A stretch of DNA of 63,847 nt, counting the filler, from Neolecta irregularis DAH-3 (taxonomy: Eukaryota): assembly GCA_001929475.1 (NCBI GenBank). It is 4 parts of 4 records of this genome, joined end to end, with 100 filler letters (N's around TTAATTAATTAA, not from the genome) between each part and the next. Parts side by side here need not be neighbours in the genome. Positions count along the whole stretch, not along the records: positions 1 to 14,410 come from LXFE01000477.1; positions 14,511 to 41,832 come from LXFE01003829.1; 2 more parts are not named here. The stretch is one strand, 5' to 3'. Below, piece after piece: positions 1 through 14,565 of the stretch; positions within the stretch are counted from its first letter, which is position 1, and every line of letters starts with the position of its first letter. The notes below the pieces were generated by a model. The model did not search any database, was not told where the DNA came from, and was given only the letters and a program-made list of their open reading frames with translations. Both the position numbers and the translations under genes were made by a program.

Positions 1-631
1 ATACTTCAAACATATTCCACCAACCAAGGTAAATACAAGGAAGTTAAGAATCCTTCCCATAACGTTTTCATGGAATGAAATTGGTTCTAACCTAATTGAT
101 TGACAAATGTATGCTATTGAAAAAGGACCAACAACCTTCTTTCACGACAATCTAAAGGCTTGCCTTGCCGTGGGAGAAACTGTTGGTCAACTGAAGGCAA
201 AGGGTATAATTCAAGTGTACCTAGTATCGAAAACTCGAGTAGATTTCGGGTCAACGCCTTTGTAAGCTTCGAGGGATGGGGATGGTTGCATACTGATTTG
301 AGATTTTTGGCAAACAAGAGAGTGATACTACTGGGGATCAATTGTTTTGGGGAGCCTATGATGAATATCGACCGTTTATGGAGATGGTGAGAAAGTCGAA
401 TTGGGTGGAATAAAAGATGCTACACTATCGAGTTGCGATTTCAAATTCACACGTGCAGGGGCTCACCATCAGATTAATTCCAAGCGGCTTCCACCACCTC
501 GCCAACCACCTTTTCCATTCCTCATTAACCTGCGACACTCCTCTCTGCGCATATATTTTCTATATTAGACAGTGTCAATACGCTTTCTGCCATAAATACC
601 GATCTTATAAGCTCATACGAGAGCGGAAAAG

Positions 632-3144
632 ATGGCATCAAGTCCACTCGAGAATCTTATTCCACTGGTGAATAAATTGCAAGATCTGGTGTTTAATACC
701 ATTGGATCTGATACGATCGACCTGCCGCAGGTTGTAGTTGTAGGTTCGCAATCGAGCGGCAAATCGTCTGTGCTGGAAAACCTCGGTATGTTTATTTCCA
801 CCATCAAAACACGTCAGCGCTGACAAGCCTGCTTTAGTCGGTCGGGATTTTTTACCCAGAGGCTCTGGCATCGTCACTCGACGACCTCTCGTCCTTCAAT
901 TAATTAATGTCTCTCCGGCGGACGTTTATCCGCATGGGGACTCGGAATGGGGAGAGTTTCTTCATCTGCCCGGGCAGCGTTTCTCTGATTTTTCTCTGAT
1001 TAGAGGAGAAATTGAGAACGAGACGGCTAGAATTGCCGGAATGAATAAAGGCATCAATCGGTTGCCCATTAATTTGAAGATTTATTCTCCGCATGTCCTA
1101 AATCTGACACTCGTCGATCTTCCAGGTCTCACAAAGGTGGCCATATTCCGTCTTGTTCTCGTCCTTATTCTCTAGATCCCGATTGGCGATCAACCCACTG
1201 ATATTGAGAGGCAAATCCGTATGTTAATTAGCGAGTACATCGCAAAGCCAAACAGCATCATTTTGGCTGTCAGTCCCGCGAATGTAGATCTAGTCAATAG
1301 CGAAGGTCTAAAACTCGCCAGACAGGTAGATACCTCGGGCAAACGCACAATTGGAGTGCTCACAAAGCTTGATTTGATGGATCACGGCACTAATGCTCTC
1401 GAAATTCTGAGTGGTCGCGTTTATCCTCTTAAACTAGGCTTTATCGGCGTCGTCAATCGAAGTCAATACGATATCCAGGAAAACAAGAGCTTAAGCGAAG
1501 CTTTACGCGCGGAAGAGGAGTTTTTCCAGTGTCATCCTGCTTACCGGAATATTGCCCACAGATGCGGAACTCAATATCTTGCCAAGAGCTTGAATCAAAC
1601 TTTGATGAGCCATATTCGCGAGAAACTCCCCGATATTAAAGCACGGTTGAATGCACTTATAGGACAAACGCAACAGGAGTTGAATGGCTATGGAACCTCT
1701 CAATTTAGCGGCAAACAGCATCGGGTATGCTTTCGATCGTTGCCTTTATTCATTCATTAGGGAAGTTTAATCCTTCATTTTCTAACCAAATTTGCAAATT
1801 CATTCATTGCGAGTATCGATGGAACAAGTTCGGACATTTCTACGAAAGAATTATGCGGGGGTGCCCGAGTGTATTACATTTTCAATTCGATATTCGGCCG
1901 TGAACTCGAGAATATAGATCCCACCCATAACCTTGCCGTCAGCGACATCCGGACTGCCATCCGCAATTCGACTGGTCCCAGAGCAAGTCTCTTTGTTCCT
2001 GAACTGGCTTTCGATCTACTTGTAAAACCTCAAATCAGACTTTTGGAGGCTCCTGCTCAGAGATGTGTTGAATTGGTTTATGAAGAGTTGACAAAAATTT
2101 GCCATAGTTGCACATCTACGGTATCCTGTTTTCCAAATAGAATATTAGCTCATATATCAGGAACTGGAACGTTATCCACGCCTTCAAGCAAAACTTATCG
2201 AGGTTGTTTCTGATCTCCTACGTGAACGATTGACACCCACCCAAACCTATGTCGAAAGTCTTATTTCGATTCAAGGCGCTTATATCAACACAAATCATCC
2301 CATGTTTCTCGGCGGTGCTGGCGCTGTCAATTCTATCGTGAACAGTAAGCACGACCGTGAAAAAAAGCACAAGGACCTTGAGCGGAAGAAAGATCGCAAA
2401 CGGGTATATAATATTATAACCAGACAAGAACTAATTTTTGGAAAGCAGATTACGGGTACTAACGGACGAAATACGCCTGTTGACCCCCATGAAATCCCTA
2501 ATGGAACATCAAGTCCCGTTCTCGTTTCTGCAAGCGACGAAATGCCGCCCCCTCATGAAATCCCAAGAGCAAATGGGGTAAATCACAGTCAAAGTCATCG
2601 AGAAAGCTCTGCATCTGCTACCGCCAGTGCTCGGGATTCATTCTTGAATTATTTTTTTGGACAAAAGGAAGATCCCTCAAACTCTCGTGTTGTTGAGCCT
2701 AGTTTTTCGCACAGTATGCGACGAATCGATGCCGTTTCTTCTGCTAGACCTCCTCAATTGAGTTCCTTGGCTTCGAAGCTCGAGGAGAATGCTGTGGTTC
2801 GTGGCTTTACTCTTCTGAGCTTTTACTGACTTTGCTAGGTAGATGAACCTCAACTAACTGAACGGGAGCAAATGGAAACGGATCTCATTCGAAGTCTAAT
2901 TACTTCATACTTCAACATTGTTCGCGAAACAATCTCTGACCTTGTGCCGAAAGCGGTCATGCATTTTCTCGTAAACCATTCCAAGGATTCTGTTCAAAAT
3001 CGACTAGTCACGGATTTGTACAGGGAAAGCTTACTCGATGATTTACTTTTTGAAGATGAGGGTTTAGCTCTCGAACGGGAGAAGTGCGAAAAGATGCTCG
3101 AGGTTTATAAAGAAGCGGCGCGGATCATTTCGGAGATTTTGTAG
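632..3144 (+). CDS. DNM1: Dynamin-related GTPase, mitochondrial fission (multi-exon)
   Basis: [20 protein letters not shown]-loop, TKLDLMD G4, middle domain [15 protein letters not shown] ([12 protein letters not shown]); N-terminus [12 protein letters not shown] and [10 protein letters not shown] typical of Dnm1. Confidence 0.95.
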
Positions 3145-3798
3145 TTTTCATCTATTCTTTATGATCTTTTCTACCCGGAGTATTCCTTAGTGCATCTGAT
3201 TCTATCTGTATTTCTTCTCTTCTACATTTCTTTGCGCTCTTGTTCCAGGAATTCAAACTTCAGCTCTCCCTTGAACTTCTTGATGTTCATCTCTTGCAAA
3301 ACGATCATTGTCCTCTGCAGTCAGTCAACTCTTTGCGTCGAATCATAGCGACCAACAGCCGAATTTCATCTGTAACATTCATGTCGAGAATGTCACGACA
3401 TATAAAGTCTGATTTTACGTTAAGCTTCGCACAAGTTGCATCGCCTTCTGGAAACTTTTTCAACAGCCCAATGTGCTATTTGTTGTTAATTATTTCTATC
3501 CCATGCTTTTGTAAAACCTTTTCCAAAAAGTATTGATGACTGGGTGATCAAGGACCACTGTGGCATCTGGATAGATTTAGTTGAGCCTATGTTTGATTCC
3601 ATTCATGGAATTTCTGTTAAACCCCAATTCAAAATGGCCCAGTGGTCTTTTGACAACTGTAATAGGCCATTCGCGTAACCAAAATTTACAGAGAGATTTT
3701 AAGAGATCCATTTTTTCTAAAGTTACCGGGGTTGTATAATGATGGGTGGGTTCTTCAATCGTCTCGTGCTCATAAACTATTGAGTCGTCGAGGTGTTC

Positions 3799-3979
3799 TG
3801 TAAGCGTAAACCTATGGCACACGCTTACCAATACGGGAAGAAGGCTTTCAATGATATTGCGGCAATTAAAATTGTAGTATATAATATAAATAGGCGATTC
3901 ATACCTAGCCAAGTCGCCAATACTAAGGCTAGAAACAATATAACCTAGTCTTATTCGTATCTGGGCTTCAATACTTACA
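3799..3979 (-). mobile_element. Solo LTR, 181 bp
   Basis: TGTAAG...CTTACA termini, perfect 5-bp TSD TGTTC at 3794-3798 and 3980-3984; homologous in reverse complement to 41612-41792. Confidence 0.85.
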
Positions 3980-4034
3980 TGTTCCTTGTCAAAAATGCGT
4001 CTGGCCTTGGTGACAATGAGAAACTTTGACCATC

Positions 4035-4101
4035 TATAAGCTGAAAACCTGAATTACAAATGACCAGGTTATATTCTGGCCTATGTGTTGTAACTTTTAC
4101 A
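4035..4101 (+). mobile_element. Short or internally deleted LTR relic related to the same family
   Basis: TATAAG...TTTACA; core ttacaaatgaccaggttatattctggcctatgtgttgtaac closely matches 14367-14410. Confidence 0.55.
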
Positions 4102-4908
4102 GGAAACGTGCCTAGGGAGGAGTTATTGTTAAATCCGACAGTCTCGGGTTGCTAAACACTGAATGCGATGCAGATGGTATTCCATTTCTATAGGTCCATA
4201 TTGTATGAACCAGAATGATTTTGAGTGAGTGTCTTGCCAGGAGTTTCATTAAGTGGAGACTGTTCCTGGGTATTGCAAAGAGAATTCGAGGAAGTTCATG
4301 GATATGTATTCGAGGGAGAGTCAATGGGAGAAGTTCTTAGATTTGATCAGAGCTTATCAAATATTCTCGAACAGGTTTTAGGATAGGTTTACTGCCCTTC
4401 CTGTTGATATTCTGAGCTCCCCATTTCTTGACGGCATTCGAGGTGGAAGCATAAATGAAGCCAATGGTAGTCTTTTCGCCTTTCATTAAAAGCTATTGTC
4501 TGTCTTCTTCGCTCACTGATTTTTCTTAGACTGCGGTCAAAGCAGCGGAAAGTAGATCCTTCGTCTTTTCACTCGAGATATTGTGCTTCCATCTGGTGAT
4601 CCTGGTGCAATTGGGAGAGCAACAGCGTCGATACTCGATTCTGGAGCGGCGGAAGACAAATCATCCTTTCTTGTGGAAAGTTTCGTAGCTTAAATCAAGC
4701 TGACATGTTAATCCTCTTTCAAACTGTTATCCATCATGAAAATAAAAAACGATTTACGATGACACCCACCTGCAGTCAGCATGCGCCCAGGACGTACTGC
4801 TTCGTCTCCCTAATAAACCCCGTACACATCGCAGCACTCCGCGTTTCCCGTCCTCGCAAAACACCATATCCTTGCCCCCGCACCCGCCCATCTCCTCATC
4901 ACTAGCTG

Positions 4909-5047
4909 CTGGCTGCGGGGAATGCCGGGGCGAAGAGGCCTGTGGGGACAATAGTGGGCGGAACGTTTGAGCGCAGGTAGGGGACAAAGTGGGAGAAGAT
5001 GGTGTAGGACAGAAGGGCAAGGTAGATAGGGACGGCGCAGAAGAATA
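4909..5047. repeat. Dispersed repeat family 2, copy 1
   Basis: Aligns by eye with 50309-50451 (shared ctggctgcgggg, gtttgagcgca, gacaaagtgggagaag, aggtagataggg, gaagaata). Confidence 0.75.
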
Positions 5048-5528
5048 CATATTAATATAATTGTTTGTGTTCTTAGAATTCGGGGCTTGGGATAGTTCTT
5101 TTCTTTCAATATTAACTTGCTGACGATGGAAATGATGTCGTGTCAACCTGCGGGAAAGTATTTAGGTCACAGTTTCTTCCTCTCTCGAAACACAAGAATA
5201 TAAGAACAAAATCAAAGAAAGACAAACGGTCGAGAATCCCCAGCATAGAGAACTCGCTGTTTTCCCCTTTTACGAAACTCGCTTCCCAGAACTCCGCCCT
5301 ACTCAACCCGTACATCCCCTGCGTGCGTCACACTCTCTCGCAGTTGCCTGTATAGATAGTTTTAGAGTATCAATTATCCTTTGATCTAGCAGCTTTGCAG
5401 GATGGAATTAATCACACGCTAGCGGTTTCCTCTAGAGATCTGATTGGAGTGTCTGTTACCTTTGACCTAACAGCTTTGCAAGATGGATTTAATCCCACTC
5501 TCACTGTTGCGTGTCTCAGATTCTATTG

Positions 5529-6390
5529 ATGGTTGTTTCCTCAACTGCGCTATTCTTGCTCGCTGGTGCCCTGATCCTCGTGGATCCGCGCTCTCAATAT
5601 CTTTGTTTCGATGCGCATCTTCAACCGGGCGTTCCATCATCCGGGTTACAAGATTGTTTCGTTGAATTTATCAAAGAACTCGTAAGTTAAACCCAAATGG
5701 CAAGATAGCGCAAGTGTTTAACGGTCATATCGAAGAAAATATTCTTTCAATTAGTGATTTACAAAACTCTGTCGCAGTGAACAAAGATTTGAAGGCTCGA
5801 CAAGATGCTATCGCCTACCTCAAATATCCCTCTGAATTCAAGGATGCTCGCCAAGAGGTTGAAGCAATCTTCGACTACCTTGAGTTCCCACTCGATCCCT
5901 CTTGCACCGCTGACAAATCGAAATGGTATTATCGAACAGCGGACGGAAGATGCAATTGGCTCAAAGCTGGAGAATCCAATGTTTAACACTCACAATCAGT
6001 TCATTGCTAACGATGTCATACTGTCTGAACTTTCCTGAACCGAAATGATTCAGGTTCTTGTCCCAAAAGGGGAAGAGTTCTTTGATCCCAACAACCAGGG
6101 AAATTTTAGTCTAAATATTCCACGAGCAGTCCCTGTTTCTGGTGCTGGAACCAGCCATTTGAATCCCAGGCAGACTAAAGATAAGTCGACATCTTGGCTT
6201 GAGGGTAGTGCATTGTATGGCTCAACTCAAGAATTTATCTTGCTCTTCGCCTATTCTCGAATGGCAAACTCAATTATAGTGTTGGGCACGACGGTGGTCA
6301 TTATCCACCTTTTAATAGTAAAGGTTTTCCGCTTGATATCAACCTCGGTGTTGCAATCGAAGACTTGTTCCTTGGGGGTGATATTCGAAT
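5529..6390 (+). pseudogene. Decayed animal-type (peroxidase-cyclooxygenase superfamily) heme peroxidase
   Basis: Signal-like MVVSSTALFLLAGALILV; ordered motifs YRTADGRCN, QFIANDV, VPKGEEFFDPNNQG, NPRQ..STSWLEGSALYGS, GGDIRIN split across frames with stops; no C-terminal half. Confidence 0.75.
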
Positions 6391-7182
6391 AAATCATAAG
6401 GTAAAGAGATACAAAAATCAAAACTTTCATAGGGTAGGAGAGCATTTAGTGGATAGAAAGAGAGTAATATTTCATTACTTAGACATGATTCAAGAGATAA
6501 AGCCTGACACGTGTAACATAAAAGGGGGTGTGGATTGTCCTCTGCTAAAACAAACGGCTTGGAGGCTAAGATTATCCGCCTTGAGTAAAGTAACGGCTTC
6601 CTAGTGCTACTATGATAGAATGTTCACGATCAGAAATTCGTCCGAATGTCTCCCCCTTAGTTGTTTAACCGGGCCCCTCTTGCATGCATTTTAGGTTGAA
6701 TATCCTCTGAACATACACCAGATATGAAATATCACTTGTTATGAAAGGCAGCAACTAGAATATCTAGTGAGGAAACGTATCTAGTGATTGGAAGTCGGTC
6801 AATGTATTTTGTTGGTTATCAAGATAGCTTCATTTCATGTTCGTGACCTCTTGCTATCACAAGATACTAGACCATTGTTATTCGTCAAGGGTGACTTTAA
6901 ATATTACAAAGCAAGCTTTAGATGTCAAAGAACGAATAAAGATACATATGTATCAGCCCATACTGATGTCCAGTATTATACATTGTTTTGTGTTCTTTTG
7001 TTGCGTTATAACTTATGCCACTACGCTTTTATCATGTATGTGCATAAACGTAGAAGGTGATTTCTCACTCGACAGTTCCAAAGTCTGAGAGGAGAGATTT
7101 CAGTATAAGTCTTCATCCATGTAATGAAAGGTTTTTGAGTGGTTTGATAATGAGAGAGAGGGTACTCTGACTGATTTCTGGA

Positions 7183-8224
7183 TCAAAGATTTTGCCTTTC
7201 TCGCTGTTCCCTTAAAAAGGTAATTACCTTCTCATAGCAGGCGAATGTGACTGCGCTACACAGATGTTAATTTGGTTCTCAAAGCGTCATGCCTGGCAGG
7301 AGCAGCTTTGAGAACGCTTATTCCCAAACCTTTGTAAAAGCCTCGTATTCCTTCCTTGGCCCAGATTTCCTTCGTGCAAACGTACACTCCGGTATATGCG
7401 GGTATATCTCCTCGAAACAGTAAATGCCTAGAAGGTCCTTGTATCTAGATGAAAATTTAGATCATCAAAACCATAGTGGTTGTACTTGTAATCGTTTCCG
7501 AACTACATCCAGTGGGAAGATACATGTCTTTCCAAGTATACCGGATAAGATACCTGCTAATGCTGGTTGATAGTTTGTGTATTTCCCCAGGCGGTCCTTA
7601 AGCGGTTCGTACACTGCGAATACTAATCCCCTGCCTCGGTCAATGTACGGACCATGGCAACAATGGGATGCGTACATGTAAGGCATAATCCCGCAAACTG
7701 CCGGCCCAACACCCTGGTAAAAACCTCGTACCCCTTCTATTCGGTAGATCTCCTTGATTCCAAAGCGAAAGTTGTGGTAAATTTTATCGCGACCTTGAGC
7801 TGCAAATCGAGTTCGTAACAGATCCATTGGGTACGTCAGGATTGTTGCTACTGTGCCAGCCGTAGCTCCTGAGACAAAGGGAGGGAAATAGGGCGAAACA
7901 ATGGAATAGGCATAGAACTGCGAAGACCCGTAGGTCAAGTAAAGTATTGATGCAGGAAAGTTTCCTTTCCATAGTGCCAGACTTGATCAAGACCAAGAAG
8001 AAAAGGAGTAGTACCAGAAATCCCTCTGTTTTGATAAGCTGCGATAGGACACGAAATGCGCTGAAACGAACAGTAGTATGCGATAACTGAAGGCGGATTT
8101 TAATTACGTCGAGGGGCGATATCACAAATCTTTCTAGATGAATGAATATACAAAATGTTTGATACCTGGATACAAGCCCTGCAAGACCACCGGCAATTGC
8201 AGAGTCATAACTATGATGATCCAT
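7183..8224 (-). CDS. TPC1: Mitochondrial thiamine pyrophosphate carrier (multi-exon)
   Basis: Carrier signatures PLDVIKIRLQ, YPMDLLRTRFAAQG, FPLDVVRKRLQ; AGGLAGLVSR and GFYKGL..KAAPASAVTF typical of Tpc1. Confidence 0.85.
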
Positions 8225-8981
8225 TTAGGGCTTCGAAACGAAGGTATGGAATAGACAACCAAAGTATTTCCCGAACGCGATCACAAGGGTCAATAGTTTT
8301 CGATTGAGATATCACAGCTTGTGCTAGATTGAATAGTGAACCTTTCGCTATAGGAAGAACGAGGTATTTGTAAACTGCTAACAATTTATTGTAGTAGTCA
8401 TCGAATCCTCTTACAATTCCCAAACATGTGGCTTGTCTCTCGAATGACGTAGTTTGTATTCTCCAAGGAATTCGTCTGAATAATGAGCATATCTATGTAT
8501 TATTTGCTGGTATTCAAAGTCAAATCTTATCATCTGTAGATTTGACTCTGGTAATTCGCTTCTTATCAAGTACGGTGGCAACAATTACAACAGAAGATAG
8601 GATGCGTTTGGCAGCACCCTCAATATAATTTCATGAAATCCGAAAATGTGAAATTTGAACTGTATTTCACATAATTCCATAAAAACCCGGTTTGCCGTCC
8701 CTCGCAGGACAGTTACAAGGAATTCTGTAGAATATGATTAGCGTGCCTGTAGTTTGATGGATAAGAAGAAGGCTAGAATCAAAACCAGGTCACAAGTCAT
8801 TTTCCATCATGGATTTCTAACATCAAGTATATGGTATAGGCTATTAGTTTATTCCACTCAGGATTGCGAGCAAAACTGGCATCTTGCCTCGTACAAACCT
8901 TGTGATAAATATTCAGTTATTCCCTATGATCCTCGAAATTATATCTGACGCAACATTTGGTTCACTTTGTATTGGCAAAAG

Positions 8982-9989
8982 ATGCCTGCAGAACAGACTC
9001 TGAAGGAAATATTGTTTGGTTCTGTAAAGACTCTTCAAAAATTGTCTTACGGGGACAGATAGCAGGAGCAGCCGGGAAAATCATCGAATATCCTTTTGAT
9101 AAAATCAAGGTTCGATTACAATGCGAAACTACGTGTAGTGGTCCAATCGAGTGTTTCCGCACAATGGTCAAGGTCGAAGGATGGAGAAACACCTATCGTG
9201 TAAATCTTTCCCTGCTAAACAGAAACCAAAGGAGATAGGGTATTTCAGCGCCGCTTGTAGGAGCAATTGCGGAAAATGCTTCACTATTCGTATTGCTGCT
9301 CAAAAACAGCGCTGACGGTGAACAAGATGATATATTCTCGGGCAAAGACATTTCTTCAATCCAACATTTATCACTGTGATCTCCCAATCTCGGGACTTGT
9401 CGCTGCTGGATCAATATCTGGTCTTGCTTCTTCATTCATATTAACGCCAATCGAACTGATCAAATGCAAACTTCAGGTCCAAATCGTCCCGACAACATGT
9501 TCGACTGCTGATTCCTTCTACCCGCCTGGTCCACTTGCTCTCTGTGTGCAAACGTATCGGAACCACGGGATTACAGGGTTGTGGAGAGGACAAATGGGAA
9601 CACTTGTTAGAGAAACAGGAGGAGGTGCAGCTTGGTTTGGGATTTATGAATATATCACGATGTTGTGTCGAAATAAATCACATCAGAAAAATACATCGAG
9701 CGAAATGATGCTTGCCGGTGCTCTATCCGTATTCGCGTTACTCCATGCCGACGTTGATTTCTAGGGAATGGGATATAACCTTGTGTTGTTTCCAGCTGAT
9801 AGTATAAAAAGTCGAATGCAAACAGATGCTTCTTCAGGTATGTTACAGACTGCGAGCGATATCTGGAGATCTTTGGGAATAAAAGGATTCTATCGAGGAT
9901 GTGGAATCACAGTTGCAAGATCAGCACCTAGCTCTGCAGTCATATTTCTTGTATTCGCCAAACTTGTGGAATTTGATAGGGAAGTATGA
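8982..9989 (+). CDS. ORT1: Mitochondrial ornithine carrier (Ort1/Arg-13, multi-exon)
   Basis: [61 protein letters not shown]; exact C-terminus uncertain. Confidence 0.85.
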
Positions 9990-9994
9990 TAAAA

Positions 9995-10666
9995 CTATCC
10001 AGTCTTCTTCTTTGCTTTTTCTTCTAAAAGAATAATGTTGTCCTCTGGAACCTCTTTGATTTTACTTTGGATAAACTCTAGTATTTCTTGACTTAAATCG
10101 CCTTGAACGACAATTTCCTCGCCTATTCCACCGGCAACTTTTGCAACACTAGCTCCAGTTGCAAATTTCTTTCCAAGCATTTTCGCAATAGCTTTCAGAT
10201 CAACGCCAAATGTCTCTAATCCTGAAATCGCGGTGATATGTTTTCGCTTTGACCGTTCTTGACGCTTAATGTAGACTTTTGAACTGGCTTTTTTTGCCTC
10301 TTCGCGTTCTGTTTTTGCAGCGGCTTTAGCCTGAAGTTTTTCGATTTTTAGTTTCTCCTCGATGGATAGATTAGCAGTGGTTGATGCCAGCGCCTCTAAT
10401 TTTTCATTAATACAGATGTTGAAAGAGGACTACCGTCAGAGTATAGTCGATTGAAGATATCTATATGCGAGGCTGACAGCCAATCTTTGCATTTTTGGAC
10501 TGTTGAGCCGAATTCACAGTACTAATGATCAAAACCATAATCGAGATAAAATCTACTTCGGGAGGAAATGAGCATACTAGAGATTAGGTTCGAAACATTA
10601 AAACAGTGTACTTTTGCAATAGACTATGATTTTTGCTTTGGAAAGTTCGGGTACCAGGGTTGACAT
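9995..10666 (-). CDS. TMA22: Translation machinery-associated protein 22 / DENR (SUI1 domain)
   Basis: YC..C.FPPEYCEFG zinc motif across short exons; KKFATGASV, EEIVVQGD. Confidence 0.9.
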
Positions 10667-10991
10667 TGAATGCGCAGATCAACGTAATGTCAATCATCCA
10701 CGTGAACTCCCAATTCACTTCTGATAAACCGATATTTGTTCACTGACAAGCAGATATTATATTACGATGGATACCGACAATGCGAATTTACAAGTTGACT
10801 AGGAATAAACACGGGTAATCTATTTGAATCACAGCGAATCATTTCATGTATGATATTAGAGAATCAATTGATCTTTAAACGCTAATTAACTGCATATCTT
10901 TCTTTCCATTACCAGAATGTGAATATCAAGCGAGCAAAGTGCGAAAAAGCGAATCCACCTCCAATCAGCCACCCGAGTTTCTTTCTCCGCA

Positions 10992-13250
<2,259 letters not shown>

Positions 13251-13332
13251 TTACAAACATGATGGTTATTCTCTATGATCCATGTTTTGACCGAGAGTTA
13301 TTGTCAGCCGCTCTATATTCTTCTTTGGATTT

Positions 13333-13929
13333 TTAAAATTCCTCTTTGATTTCTGTGAATATTCCTTTCGCTATTTTCTTCTGTTTTCCAACACCGCGGA
13401 CTCTCTTCCTTCTAGTCTGACTTAGCCAAGATCCGTCTTGGAGTCTTGTTGAGACTATTCGCACTCTCTCGGAGTCTTTTTTCATCCAGGTCGGGGTCTC
13501 ATCAACGATGTCATACTCTCCTTTTAATCTTCTGGCAGTTGGTCTGTTAATTTCTAATTCCGGACTCTTGAGTATTTCAAAAACAGTTGGGCGAGATACA
13601 TCCGGTTGTGGTGGTGCATGATTGATAAACAGTGGTTGTAGTGTGTTACTCACTCGGTAATAGATGTCCTCGTAATCTTGAGTCGTAGTTAGCGAGGAGC
13701 TAGTGGTTCCAGTTTCATCATGATCTACAACCGGAGGAATTTTGAGATTTTGAGGCGAGTGAATCATATACTCTTCGTCTTTAAACCAGCTGTCGATGAC
13801 CGAGTCCAAGTCCAGTTCCAACTGGGAATCATCCGTAGAGGTAGACCCAGGATCCCCAATTGGGTCAACCGCTGTGATGTGTGCAAGAAGGCAGCCGAGC
13901 GGTACAAGTATATGCAGCAAACAGAGCAT
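13333..13929 (-). CDS. Orphan, probably secreted protein (198 aa, intronless)
   Basis: Long stop-free ORF; hydrophobic N-terminus MLCLLHILVPLGCLLAHITA; acidic middle and basic C-terminus; no recognised domain. Confidence 0.6.
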   Translation of the reverse strand: MLCLLHILVPLGCLLAHITAVDPIGDPGSTSTDDSQLELDLDSVIDSWFKDEEYMIHSPQNLKIPPVVDHDETGTTSSSLTTTQDYEDIYYRVSNTLQPLFINHAPPQPDVSRPTVFEILKSPELEINRPTARRLKGEYDIVDETPTWMKKDSERVRIVSTRLQDGSWLSQTRRKRVRGVGKQKKIAKGIFTEIKEEF

Positions 13930-14346
13930 TGGGAAATGTAGAGGACAGCGAGGGAATTTTATACTACACAACTAGAAGTATTGTTTCAAGCGTGAGTGCG
14001 ACAGGTCGATAAATACTGTCTCGGCAGTCTAAAATTCACAGAATATTTTTCACTTGCGCTGTCACATTCGAGATACTGAAACCTCTGGAAAGACAGGAGT
14101 TGTGTAATGATGACTGACCTCTACTGTTCATTTCTTTACATCATACAGTAGAATTTGGTTATGGGAAACCTGCGTACAACGAATTCCTCTTTATAATGAA
14201 CCCAATCGCCTTCCAAAATCAATTTGTATAAGGTCCAACGTGATATCATGATAGAACGAATCCTCCTGATAACAAATTCAAGACTCCTGAACGCCACATT
14301 CGTTTTAACCAGATTCTACTGTATCTTGATTGTGGCTGGCTGTAGG

Positions 14347-14565
14347 TGTAAGCTTAACGCCAGAAGTTACAAATAAGACCAGGATATATTTCTAGCCTAA
14401 GTGTTGTAACNNNNNNNNNNNNNNNNNNNNNNNNNNNNNNNNNNNNNNNNNNNNTTAATTAATTAANNNNNNNNNNNNNNNNNNNNNNNNNNNNNNNNNN
14501 NNNNNNNNNNCGCAATATTAATGCAAGCCTTCCTTCTGTGCGTGTACCATAGGTAGACGCTTACA
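14347..14565 (+). mobile_element. LTR fragments on both sides of an assembly gap
   Basis: TGTAAG start at 14347; after the gap 14511-14565 ends CTTACA and is near-identical to the 3' part of the 41612-41792 copy. Confidence 0.7.

Noticed and set aside
1-630. Short ORFs upstream of DNM1
   Set aside because: No recognisable motifs or consistent exon structure
3577-3912. ORF sharing PIYIIY.NFNCRNI with ORF 41241-41783
   Set aside because: Similarity comes from the shared noncoding LTR
14411-14510. TTAATTAATTAA palindrome inside N-runs (also 41833-41932 and 53181-53280)
   Set aside because: Identical artificial scaffold linker with stops in all frames; not biological
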